Shown here in pieces: positions 55,838 through 64,000 of a stretch of 64,000 nt of DNA. The stretch is from the IMG/VR virus record IMGVR_UViG_3300025154_000068, positions 1 through 64,000 of that record. One strand, given 5' to 3'. The stretch's first letter is position 1, and each line of letters opens with the position of its first letter. The notes beneath the pieces were generated by a model that saw nothing but the letters and a program-made list of their open reading frames with translations, was not told where the DNA came from and did not search any database. This stretch comes from a virus. A program made the translations under genes and the position numbers.

Positions 55838-57970
55838 TTACCGTCTGCTTCCGCCTCGCGCTGACCTGCTCGATGGTCGGCCCCGCCGGAGTCCGTCGTA
55901 GTCCTGGAGCTTCTTGTTCAGGTCGAGGGCAGTGATGCCCCACACGAGAGCGTCGACCCTGTCTGGCGATGTCTCATCGTTCGCTGGGTCCCATCCGCAC
56001 TGCTGGTCCTCGAGCTTCGGCAGCGTTCCCACGTGGTGGACTCTTCCCTTCTCGTAAAGGGTCGAGATCGGGTCTGCCCGGGTTGCCTTGCCCCGCGACG
56101 CGTGAACGGCCTTGAACGGCACACCCTGGCGCTCGGCTTGGACGTTGCGCTCGACAAGGTCTCCACCGTTGTTGACCTCGCCGATGATGTAGTCCGCTTC
56201 CCAGCGGTCGAAGGCCTCGAGAGCTCGCGCTGCCCATTGCGCTGGCGAGAAGACCCCGGAGAGGTCATCGAGAACGTAGGCGTGCCCGTCCTCGCCCAGG
56301 CCGACGACGATGATGCCGGTCTCGTTGCTCTTCGGGTTGGTCGATACCGCCGGGTCGATGGCGACGACCACCCGCCGCATGGGCGGGAGCGCGGGCGAGT
56401 ACGACCCATCGTCATTGACCCTGAGTCGAAGGTCATCAATCCGAGTGCGCTGCCAGAGCGCGTTCGGGTTGTCCTCGAGAATCTCGGCATCGATTTCCTG
56501 CCTGCCGAGCCTCGTCCCCTCGTACTCGGTGAGGATGGAGGCGAAGAACGGCTTAGCGAGGTTCGACCGATTCTCGTAGGTCGAGCCCTTCGTAAGGGCG
56601 ACATCCGCGCCTGCACGCTTGACGAGCTTCTTGATCGTCGCGATCGGCCTGGGCGTCGTCGTGACGATGCCTTGCGGATTCGTTCCGAGCCGGAACCCGA
56701 ACTGCAGCTGCGTCCACGCTTCCTGGAAGCGCCAGGCCGCAACTTCGTCCGCCCAAAACGTGTCGCAGTTGTGAACGAGAATCCCGTTGGCGAAGTACTC
56801 CGGCAGGCCCTCAACCGTGAGGTTGAACACCCGTCGAACGCCAACGTGCTCCCAGGTTGACGCAACGCTGACTGCAGTACCGTCCGCGCCTTGACACGAA
56901 CTCTCGCCCGCAGTGCTCGCACTTCCGGGTGCTCCTTCTGGCCTCGTCCGCGCGCTTCTGTTGGCACGCAGGGCACGCCGATGTGAAGCCGCCCCGCTTC
57001 CTGGGGAATGGCTTGCCGCAGTCCGAACAATCGATGTCGAACACCTCTCGTGACTCGACGTGCCTGTCGTAGTGCGTTCTGGGTGGCACGCACTCGAGGT
57101 TCTCGATCGCGTTGTTCGCCCGGTTGCCGTCCTTGTGATGGATGTGCCAACCAGGCGGGATCGGCCCGAGTTCCTGCTCCCAGATGACCCGGTGTTGGAT
57201 GTAGTGGCGACCGTTCGCGTAGCCGATGACGTATCCGTTCGCTCCAACGCGCCAACGAATACCCTCAAGCCCTTCGTCAGCTTGCCGAGTGGTACCCATT
57301 GTTCGCAAGATAAGACCGGATGATCGGCTGTGCCAGTGAGAGAAGCCCCGTTTGAGAAGCTGACGACGCCTACCTCGGCATCGTTCGAACCCGTTGCTAC
57401 AACCGGTCGAAGACCATGTCTCGTTACGACCAAATCGCCAACGGCAATGGCCTCGATCGGTCTGGGCCCCGCCTCGGTCTCGACAAGCGTTCCAGCGACG
57501 AAGCACTGCGGACCGCGCAGTCGATCGGGTCGGTCGGCCGACAGGATGGTGGCAACAGCCCCGTTGGGCCATGTCAGCCGCCGCTTCGATGGCTCGTAGT
57601 GCGGCTTGAACCACGGAGGCGAGATCGTCAGAAGTCCCGACTCGCCCTCGAGCATGACGTCGCGCGCATCCGCGGACGTCGCTGCGATCAGGGTGATTCG
57701 CTTGGACTCACCTGATTCAACCTTGCCTCGGATCCACTCGGCGCCAGTGCGGGTTTTCCCGAACCCGCGGCCCGCGAGGATGACCCAGATGACCCACGCC
57801 CACACGGGCGGGAGCTGCTTGTCGCGAGCCCAGAGACCTTGCCAGTCATACAGAAGCGTCCGAGCCGCTTCGTCCGGCAGCGTCGCTATCGCTTGCCGTA
57901 CCTGGCTCGGACTCATCTGGCGGAGCAAGCTTCGCAATCGCTTCTGCGAGCTGGCTCCTTGCATCATCAA
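55838..57970 (-). CDS. terL: Terminase large subunit with intein
   Basis: LAGRGFGKTRTGAEW, RLRGPQ|CDTFWADE, TTTPRP, VAIDPA, SPDRVDALVW; exact start uncertain. Confidence 0.95.
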   Translation of the reverse strand: MMMQGASSQKRLRSLLRQMSPSQVRQAIATLPDEAARTLLYDWQGLWARDKQLPPVWAWVIWVILAGRGFGKTRTGAEWIRGKVESGESKRITLIAATSADARDVMLEGESGLLTISPPWFKPHYEPSKRRLTWPNGAVATILSADRPDRLRGPQCFVAGTLVETEAGPRPIEAIAVGDLVVTRHGLRPVVATGSNDAEVGVVSFSNGASLTGTADHPVLSCEQWVPLGKLTKGLRVFVGALERTDTSSATRTVATTSNTGSSGSRNSGRSRLVGTSITRTATGRTTRSRTSSACHPERTTTGTSSHERCSTSIVRTAASHSPGSGAASHRRALRANRSARTRPEGAPGSASTAGESSCQGADGTAVSVASTWEHVGVRRVFNLTVEGLPEYFANGILVHNCDTFWADEVAAWRFQEAWTQLQFGFRLGTNPQGIVTTTPRPIATIKKLVKRAGADVALTKGSTYENRSNLAKPFFASILTEYEGTRLGRQEIDAEILEDNPNALWQRTRIDDLRLRVNDDGSYSPALPPMRRVVVAIDPAVSTNPKSNETGIIVVGLGEDGHAYVLDDLSGVFSPAQWAARALEAFDRWEADYIIGEVNNGGDLVERNVQAERQGVPFKAVHASRGKATRADPISTLYEKGRVHHVGTLPKLEDQQCGWDPANDETSPDRVDALVWGITALDLNKKLQDYDGLRRGRPSSRSARGGSRR
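56768..57505 (-). mobile_element. Intein (246 aa) in TerL
   Basis: CFVAGTLV, GTADHPV, VFNLTV..EYFANGILVHN then Cys+1; inserted just before Walker B. Confidence 0.92.
56811..57299 (-). CDS. HNH endonuclease with Zn ribbons in an alternative frame inside the TerL intein
   Basis: YIQHRVIWEQELGPIPPGWHIHHKDGNRANNAIENLECV; CSDC, CPAC, CEHC, YCSQRC. Confidence 0.88.
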   Translation of the reverse strand: MGTTRQADEGLEGIRWRVGANGYVIGYANGRHYIQHRVIWEQELGPIPPGWHIHHKDGNRANNAIENLECVPPRTHYDRHVESREVFDIDCSDCGKPFPRKRGGFTSACPACQQKRADEARRSTRKCEHCGREFVSRRGRYCSQRCVNLGARWRSTGVQPHG

Positions 57971-58382
57971 TCTCGATTGCTCCGCCGTCTGGACCGCTCA
58001 CCTCGGAGCGGGATGGCGCATCCGTGCCGAGCAGTCGAGCTCGCCGCTCCTCGATCCGGAGGGCTGTGTCGATGGCCCTCGGGTCTCCACGCCTCACCTT
58101 GCCGCGCAGTGCCCAGAGCATTCCGTCGAGGCGGATGAGCATCAGGTCCCGGACGTCCTCTGCGGACTCCTCCGTCTGCTCCCGAAGCTCAGCGAACTGC
58201 TTCTGGACAAGCTTCCAGGCCGCTTGCTTGGAGATGCCGAGCGCCTTGCCGATCGCGGGATAACTCGCGCCAGTGCGCTTCAAGTCGAGTGCCTTGGCGG
58301 CTCGGTCGATCGTGCGCACCTTCCGCGGCGTGACCTTGGTCGTCTTCGCCTTGGCCTTCGCCGTCTTCTTCTGCATCGTCAA
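57846..58382 (-). CDS. terS: Terminase small subunit
   Basis: HTH (GASYPAIGKALGIS), ERRARLLGTDAP, EVSGPDGGAI; overlaps terL. Confidence 0.8.
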   Translation of the reverse strand: MTMQKKTAKAKAKTTKVTPRKVRTIDRAAKALDLKRTGASYPAIGKALGISKQAAWKLVQKQFAELREQTEESAEDVRDLMLIRLDGMLWALRGKVRRGDPRAIDTALRIEERRARLLGTDAPSRSEVSGPDGGAIEIDDARSQLAEAIAKLAPPDESEPGTASDSDAAGRSGSDASV

Positions 58383-58394
58383 CCAGTCCGTACG

Positions 58395-58613
58395 TCAACC
58401 CCACGACCACCGAAACGAGAACCGGCGGCTCCCACACTTGCACGCTGCCAAGGGGTCGGGCACCTCGAGCTCGAACACCGTTCGGCCGTCCACCTTCACC
58501 TCGCGCGAGATCTTCGCGCCGGCTTCCTTGAGCCGGTCGAGGTCGGCCTCAGCTCCGCAACGAATGCACCGGCACCCGATGTCCACGCCGATTCCGTGCT
58601 CGAGCTCGGCCAT
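58395..58613 (-). CDS. Small Zn-ribbon protein
   Basis: CIRCG...CKCGS; GGAG RBS. Confidence 0.55.
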   Translation of the reverse strand: MAELEHGIGVDIGCRCIRCGAEADLDRLKEAGAKISREVKVDGRTVFELEVPDPLAACKCGSRRFSFRWSWG

Positions 58614-58861
58614 CTGGTGATGGTAGCTCCGGATAAGTGCGCTCGCCAGGTCCCACACGAAGGAGGCACATGTGAGACCTGGCTCGCGCTGGGGAGGAAG
58701 GAGGCGATGGCCCGACACGAGGTCGGGGCAGGCGTCCGACTCAAGCGCCGCACCCACGAAGTGGTGAAGCTCGTCGTTCGTCTGCCTCGGCCCCGCCTCG
58801 CGCGTCTATCGTCTGTGGAAGAGGTTGACGCCGTTCCGCTCTCGGCTGCGCCGGTCGCGAG

Positions 58862-59317
58862 TTACTCGGTTCGGGCTTCGCCCTCCCGTCCCACCCCCTG
58901 TTGTCCCCCTCCCAGAGACAACTCCTCCCTCTGTTCGTAGTGCGAACGAATTATCCCGGACTTCTGTCGCCTCCTGTTCCGTTTTCTCGCTGCATCCTCG
59001 CACCTCTTGCAGCAGAATCGCTTGGGCTGCCCGCCGGCTGGCACAAGGACGACAAACACCTTCCGGAACCCATCTTCTCCGCAACAGCACCTCGGGTTTT
59101 GGCAGATCCGTTTTTCAGCGCGCCGCTCTTTCACCCGATCCTCAGCGCGGCGCGCCTCCATTCTGTGCCTTGCCTTCTCCCTTCTCTGATCGATTCGCAC
59201 TTCGAGATACATTGCCTCAATGAAGTCGACGTCAGAGTCGAATCCGCCCGCCTCGTCGACGAAGTTCTCTGCAAGCTGTACAAACATCGGCACGGTTTCA
59301 TCCCAAGCCATGGTCAC
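58862..59317 (-). CDS. Hypothetical Zn-finger protein
   Basis: CQNPRC...KRFCCKRC. Confidence 0.55.
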   Translation of the reverse strand: MTMAWDETVPMFVQLAENFVDEAGGFDSDVDFIEAMYLEVRIDQRREKARHRMEARRAEDRVKERRAEKRICQNPRCCCGEDGFRKVFVVLVPAGGQPKRFCCKRCEDAARKRNRRRQKSGIIRSHYEQREELSLGGGQQGVGREGEARTE

Positions 59318-59548
59318 TCACCAGCCTTTGGTACCGGGCGTCGACCAGATCGCCACCTGCGACGAACGACCGGCACACCACATAGATTCGCATCACAACC
59401 GGCGCGTACGGCACCGTGTACATCGACGACAGCAAGCACCACGGAAGGGCCTACGTCGAGCAGCACTTCCGGCGATATCACACCGATGTACACCCAAGGG
59501 CCCCGCCACAGCATCATTGCCCCAATCGCACCCATTGTTCCTCCCACG

Positions 59549-60082
59549 TCATCGACTCGCCTCGTAGTCGGCGTGCGCGGCATTCAGCGCCGCGATTGCC
59601 TCGTTCAGCACCTTGTCGAGAATCGCTTGTGCAGCCTCGCCATCCCGCTTCTGGGCCTGCATCGAGATCCAGAGCAACCACATCCGGCTCGTGGCGAGCG
59701 CGCGTGATCGCGCCGTGTCGCTCTTGCGTCCCCGCATTGCCGAGGACGCGGCCTTGTACCCACTCCGCGCGGTCGGCGTCCAGCATGCGAGCGCCAGCGA
59801 CACTCCGGCCGACCCGAGTTGCCCATCAACTCCGTGGTGCAGTTCGAGCACCAATTGGCTTCGCTCCGAGCACCGTCGCAGGCGAGCGGCAACCTTGTTC
59901 GCGCGATCGCCCGCCATGGCGACGTATTCGTTGATGTCCGCGCTCACCCGTCGCTCGTTCTTACCGGGCAGCGTGCCTTGCCTGAGCATCTCGAGTTGGG
60001 GGCCAAGGCACGAGCGAACCCCGCAGTCGCCTCGAGCTTCCACGAAGTACCATCGCAGGTCGGCCTCGTCGTCAGGTAGCAT
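59549..60082 (-). CDS. Hypothetical protein (possible late regulator)
   Basis: GGAGG RBS; between sigma factor and late operon. Confidence 0.55.
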   Translation of the reverse strand: MLPDDEADLRWYFVEARGDCGVRSCLGPQLEMLRQGTLPGKNERRVSADINEYVAMAGDRANKVAARLRRCSERSQLVLELHHGVDGQLGSAGVSLALACWTPTARSGYKAASSAMRGRKSDTARSRALATSRMWLLWISMQAQKRDGEAAQAILDKVLNEAIAALNAAHADYEASR

Positions 60083-60851
60083 TCACGCCTCCAAGCCTCA
60101 CCCGGAGCTTGCCGAGTGCTTCAATCTCGAGTTGCTGCGCGCGTTGCCGCGTCACGCCGAACTGCTGCCCGATCGCCTCAAACGACATCGGGTGGCGAGA
60201 CATGTGACGCCAGATGATGGTCAGGCGCATCTTCTCTGGCAGGCTGTCCACCGCGATGCGTACGGCCTTGTCCCGGGCCCTCCGGCCCAGCGCTTGATCG
60301 ACGGGTTCGCGAGGATCTGCCAGGACGTTCTCCAGCGTTCGCCCATCCTCGTCCGAAGCAGCTGCGTCCAGCGATGCAATCCTGTGGTGCATGGCAATGA
60401 ACGCCTCCGCAACATCGCGCCGGGAGTTCGACCGCCTCATCAGCCCTTCAACGGGATCGTCATCCGCCAGCGCAGCCTCCATGTGCCTTCGCATGGTGTA
60501 GTATCGGGTGAACAGAATCGATTTGACCCCGCTGCGCCCCGCGGCGAACTGGAGCTTTGACTCGCGCCGGATGTGCTGCGTCCACCAGTGTTGTGCGTAC
60601 GTCGAGAACCGGACTCCGACGGCGGGATCGAACTTTCCGATCGCATGGACGGTGCCCATCAGCGCGAGCTGCATCAGGTCCTCAGCGTCCTGTTCGGTCG
60701 CCTGCCCCCGGCTCCATCGCTTCACGTCGATGTTGATCAGCCTCACGAGCGAGGACAAGATCCGAACGATCGCAGCATCGTCGCCGGCCTTCGCCCGGAC
60801 GAGAAGGTCAAGCTCCTCGGCTGGCGTCATTGGCGGGGTTGGCAAAATCAT
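60072..60851 (-). CDS. Sigma-70 family (RpoH-like) sigma factor (copy 2)
   Basis: EDLMQ....AIGKFDP..GVRFSTYAQHW; MSFEAIGQQFGVTRQRAQQLEIEALGKLR. Confidence 0.92.
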   Translation of the reverse strand: MILPTPPMTPAEELDLLVRAKAGDDAAIVRILSSLVRLINIDVKRWSRGQATEQDAEDLMQLALMGTVHAIGKFDPAVGVRFSTYAQHWWTQHIRRESKLQFAAGRSGVKSILFTRYYTMRRHMEAALADDDPVEGLMRRSNSRRDVAEAFIAMHHRIASLDAAASDEDGRTLENVLADPREPVDQALGRRARDKAVRIAVDSLPEKMRLTIIWRHMSRHPMSFEAIGQQFGVTRQRAQQLEIEALGKLRVRLGGVNAT

Positions 60852-61150
60852 CGCATGGCTCCCAACAGCTTCAGGCCCCTTTTGCGAGCCTTGCCCCGCC
60901 AGTACCGGCGGATGTGCAGCGTCTTCCTGGGAGCCCACCATGCCGTGGACATGCGCACCCAATCCAGGTACCGCCGAATGGCTCGATTGGACATCTTCAG
61001 CGTGAACGTGCACTCGTAGGTTCGTGGCGCGTACCTTCGAATCGGGTCGCTTTGCGGGGTAGCTGTTTCCCAGGTCACGCCTTTTACTGGGTATTCGACC
61101 CCATCGATCCACATCTGCGTTATGCGCGCGCCCTGGATCTCACCCGGCAT
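60848..61150 (-). CDS. Hypothetical protein
   Basis: GGAGG RBS, ATGA overlap with sigma gene. Confidence 0.55.
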   Translation of the reverse strand: MPGEIQGARITQMWIDGVEYPVKGVTWETATPQSDPIRRYAPRTYECTFTLKMSNRAIRRYLDWVRMSTAWWAPRKTLHIRRYWRGKARKRGLKLLGAMR

Positions 61151-61382
61151 TCGACACCTCCGCGCTTTCCTGTTCGAGCAGCTCGACAATCGCCCCCGCC
61201 TCCCGTTCCAGCTTGGCGAGACGCTTCTCGGTCAACACGCCCTTCGTCGCCCGGACGACAAGCGCCCCATCCTTTGCGACAGAGAGCGCACATCCCGCGT
61301 TACGAGCTCGCTGCAGGAGAGTCCGGGTGGCCTCGGTTACCGATGCCGCTCTGCGAACATGGATGAAGACCGTCTCCGTCAC
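61140..61382 (-). CDS. Small hypothetical protein
   Basis: GGAGG RBS before GTG; longer start at 61571 possible. Confidence 0.5.
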   Translation of the reverse strand: MTETVFIHVRRAASVTEATRTLLQRARNAGCALSVAKDGALVVRATKGVLTEKRLAKLEREAGAIVELLEQESAEVSNAG

Positions 61383-61521
61383 CCGCACCTCCGGTGCTCT
61401 TCGATCCACTCCCAGGGGTAACCGCACAGCCCCCACCAGATCGCTCCGCAAACCGCGCAGCCCCATCCCCAGGATCGCGCCATGATGTTCGGCAGCGGTT
61501 CCACGATCGAATCCTCCCGCT

Positions 61522-61977
61522 TCACGCTGCCATCCTTTCTCGAACGCTTCGCTCCACCGCCTTGGCGTCACCCACGCTGCGGACTACGGCGTAGACACCA
61601 CCCGCCGCCTCGTGCATGGCCTGCCACTCTCGCTGCTCCGGGGTCTGGTCCTCGTCGTCGTCGCGCTTCACCTCTAGCGCGACCGACACCCCGCACACCA
61701 CGCCGAGGATGTCCGCGGTGCCCTTCGGTGCGGCCTTGAACAACCCGCGGCCGGCCTCCCCGGCCTTCGTCGTGTACTCGTATACGCGCCTGCCGCTATT
61801 CGCGCGCCACCAGTACGCCTTGCCGTCGCGCGAGACGTACAGACCTGTCCGGACCCACTTGCCCTTGCCGGTCTTCTTCGAGATCTCGTAACGGCGCCTT
61901 TCGACGCCGAGCGATGCCAGGATCCAATCCTGCACGCTGTGCTCGAGCGGGCCTCGGAGTTGGAATCTACGCGGCAT
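61522..61977 (-). CDS. VRR-NUC-like nuclease
   Basis: GTADILG...ALEVKR...QTPEQREW...GGVYAVVRS. Confidence 0.82.
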   Translation of the reverse strand: MPRRFQLRGPLEHSVQDWILASLGVERRRYEISKKTGKGKWVRTGLYVSRDGKAYWWRANSGRRVYEYTTKAGEAGRGLFKAAPKGTADILGVVCGVSVALEVKRDDDEDQTPEQREWQAMHEAAGGVYAVVRSVGDAKAVERSVRERMAA

Positions 61978-63317
61978 CACCACCCTCCTCCGCGCGGACC
62001 GGGTTCGTCGTAGTCCGCCAGATCGTCGAACCGGGTGTAGACCTTCTGCCACGCAACCTTCGTCGAGCCGGTTGCGCCGTTCCGGTTTTTCGCGACGATG
62101 ATGTGCTGGACTGTTTCGCTGTCCGAGCTCGGGTGAATGAAGATCACCTCGTCGGCGTCCTGTTCGATGTTTCCGCTCTCGCGAAGGTCGGAGAGCTGCG
62201 GGCGCGCGGACTTGCCGCGCTTCTCGACGTCCCGGTTGAGCTGCGAAAGGCACAGCACGACCACCCCGAGGTCCTTCGCCAGCGCTTTCAGTCCCTTGGA
62301 GTTCTCGCCCACCTTCTCGTCCCGACTCTTGAGCTTCGGGTCGGTCGCCATCAGCTGCAGGTAGTCGATGACCACGAGACCAAGCGGCGTTCCCTGGCGC
62401 TTGAACCCGGCCGCCATCCGCCGTGCCTTGGCCCGAAGTGACGCGAGGGAGATCGAGGACTCGTCGTCAACATCGATCGGGAGCTTCCCGAGCCGCTGGC
62501 ATTCGGTGGACAACCTGGACCACCCCTCTGCGTCCAGCTTGTTGGTGCGCAGGAGTTGCGAATCCACGCGGGCTCCGGAGCACGTCACACGGTCAACGAG
62601 CTGCTCTCGCGGCATCTCGAGCGAGAACACGCCAACGCCGATGTTTCTCTCGGCCGTGCTCACCGCCATGTTGTTGAGCGCGAGCGATGTCTTGCCCTTC
62701 CCCGGGCGAGCAGCGAGGTAGCACAGGTCTCCCGGTTGCAGCCCGGCCAGGATGGCGTCCACGTCGAGCAGCCCGGTGCGCACCGCGGATGTTTGCGCGA
62801 GGCCGGATTGCAGCGCCTTGAAACGCTCCCGAATCACGTCCTTGAGCCGAGCCGGCTTGATAACCTCGTAGCGCTGGGTCGCCGCCAGAATTTCACGCTC
62901 CGCCCCGTCGATGAACTCGTCCGGGTCGCTCACGTTCTCGTTCTGCGCTTCCACTGCGACTTTGCGACACGTGGTAATGATCTGGCGAAGCCGCCACTTG
63001 TCGCGAACGCGCAGCGCGAGCTGCTCGACGTTGGCCTGCATCGGCACCTCGTTCACGAACTCGGCGATGGTCTTCGCTCCGCCAATCCGCTGGAGCTTAC
63101 CGCGGTCCTCCAGCCATCCTTTCACGACCACCGCGTCGTACTCCACTCCAGCCTCCCGGAGCGAACGCAATGCCTCATAGACCTGTTTCGTCACGTCGCT
63201 GTAAAACTGCTCCGGCGTGACGATGGGAATGACCCGATCGAGGAAGTCGACCGATATCAGCGCTGCGCCCACGATGGCCTGCTCCGCGCTCACGTCGCGT
63301 GGAAACAGCTCGTTCAC
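61977..63317 (-). CDS. dnaB: Replicative helicase DnaB
   Basis: AEQAIVGA, AARPGKGKT, FSLEM, IDYLQL, LSQLNR, DLRESGNIEQDAD, KNRNG. Confidence 0.96.
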   Translation of the reverse strand: MNELFPRDVSAEQAIVGAALISVDFLDRVIPIVTPEQFYSDVTKQVYEALRSLREAGVEYDAVVVKGWLEDRGKLQRIGGAKTIAEFVNEVPMQANVEQLALRVRDKWRLRQIITTCRKVAVEAQNENVSDPDEFIDGAEREILAATQRYEVIKPARLKDVIRERFKALQSGLAQTSAVRTGLLDVDAILAGLQPGDLCYLAARPGKGKTSLALNNMAVSTAERNIGVGVFSLEMPREQLVDRVTCSGARVDSQLLRTNKLDAEGWSRLSTECQRLGKLPIDVDDESSISLASLRAKARRMAAGFKRQGTPLGLVVIDYLQLMATDPKLKSRDEKVGENSKGLKALAKDLGVVVLCLSQLNRDVEKRGKSARPQLSDLRESGNIEQDADEVIFIHPSSDSETVQHIIVAKNRNGATGSTKVAWQKVYTRFDDLADYDEPGPRGGGW

Positions 63318-64000
63318 GACGCACCTCCAAACATGGCTTGACGCTGCCGCTGGTAGTCCGCCTGAGCCTTCGCTGGATCAACGGCCGCATCACGCGACCA
63401 CGGCGTGCCGTACGTCGAGAGACTCTTGAGAATGAACCGGATCGGGTGACGGGCATCCACGAGAAATCCATCTCGCCCGTCGTCCCGTAGGTACGCCGCG
63501 AACCAGTGCTCAAGCACCTCCTGCACAACCGGCTCGACCGGATCGCCCGGCTTGCCGCGTGCCTGCAGCTCCGAGATCGCCTCGGACAGCGCTCGCTCAG
63601 CGACCTTGCCCATCGTGCCCCTACAGTCGCCGTTCTCGACGTACTTGCCGTACTTGCGCCGACTGGTCGCGTACATCTTGCGCCAGATCGAGAACGCTTG
63701 GCCCACCGGGGCCTTGGGCTTCAGTTCAGGTTGCTTGGCCTTCCGGCGCTTCGACTCTGGGGGCGAGTCCGGGACAAGGGCCAACAGCTCAGGCTTCAGG
63801 TCCGGGTCCGGGTCCGGCAACGCCACCGGCGCTTGGGGCGGGACCGGATCGGTCTCGCCCGTACCGTAGGTACGTATCTCTTCTCTCTCTTCTCTTCTCT
63901 TCTCTTCTCTACGTGACGCCGTGTGACCGCGCGTGACGGTGGCATCACAGTTTGTGACTGTTGAGTCACGTGGCGTGACGGCGCCGTCACGTGGCGTGAT
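63314..64000 (-). CDS. Replication initiator (3' part, truncated by window)
   Basis: Frame open to 64000; VTPRD repeats and REEKRREE linker; directly upstream of dnaB. Confidence 0.7.
   Translation of the reverse strand: MTPRDGAVTPRDSTVTNCDATVTRGHTASRREEKRREEREEIRTYGTGETDPVPPQAPVALPDPDPDLKPELLALVPDSPPESKRRKAKQPELKPKAPVGQAFSIWRKMYATSRRKYGKYVENGDCRGTMGKVAERALSEAISELQARGKPGDPVEPVVQEVLEHWFAAYLRDDGRDGFLVDARHPIRFILKSLSTYGTPWSRDAAVDPAKAQADYQRQRQAMFGGAS
63875..64000. repeat. Iteron-like repeats plus purine tract (likely phage origin)
   Basis: GTCACGTGGCGTGA twice, several GTGAC/GTCAC copies, (TCTTC)n tract. Confidence 0.65.

Larger units (their letters stand above)
1..64000. mobile_element. Tailed phage/prophage (contractile tail, Mu-like head genes), incomplete at both window edges
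   Basis: Contiguous terminase, portal, MuF, protease, capsid, sheath, tube, tape measure, baseplate, endolysin, DnaB and SbcCD genes; no host housekeeping genes. Confidence 0.95.

Noticed and set aside
63875-63910. Microsatellite (TCTTC)n as a contingency locus
   Set aside because: It encodes the REEKRREE linker typical of phage replication initiators

Overview
The whole window is one GC-rich tailed phage or prophage with a contractile tail; no host genes are evident. The host is probably a myxobacterium (Polyangia-like), inferred only from Cys-rich lipoproteins and DAG-type linkers. Two arms converge. The + strand arm (1-16.6 kb) carries a Nop/IS110-like RNA-binding gene at the end of a 37-38 nt dual-repeat array (TIGR-Tas-like), a structured RNA ending in a tRNA-like fold, SbcCD, an Arr-like ADP-ribosyltransferase, ASCH, a PAPS-reductase/DndC-like gene, an SNF2 helicase, and an early cluster with HNH, acidic proteins and an AcrVA2-family gene. 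The - strand arm (64 kb down to about 22 kb) runs replication initiator/ori, DnaB, VRR-NUC, sigma factor, terminase, Mu-like head genes, sheath/tube/tape measure/baseplate, a second sigma factor and lysis genes. Between them (16.7-22 kb) is an accessory zone with a HigBA-type operon, lipoproteins and a SAM-lyase-like gene. The most striking observation is that both inteins (in TerL and in the MuF head protein) lack an in-frame endonuclease but each hides a complete nuclease gene in another frame: an HNH in a shifted same-strand frame, and an HTH + Vsr/DUF559-like nuclease codon-for-codon antisense with its own RBS. No integrase, CRISPR array or rRNA was seen. All family calls are by eye from motifs; no database search was run.
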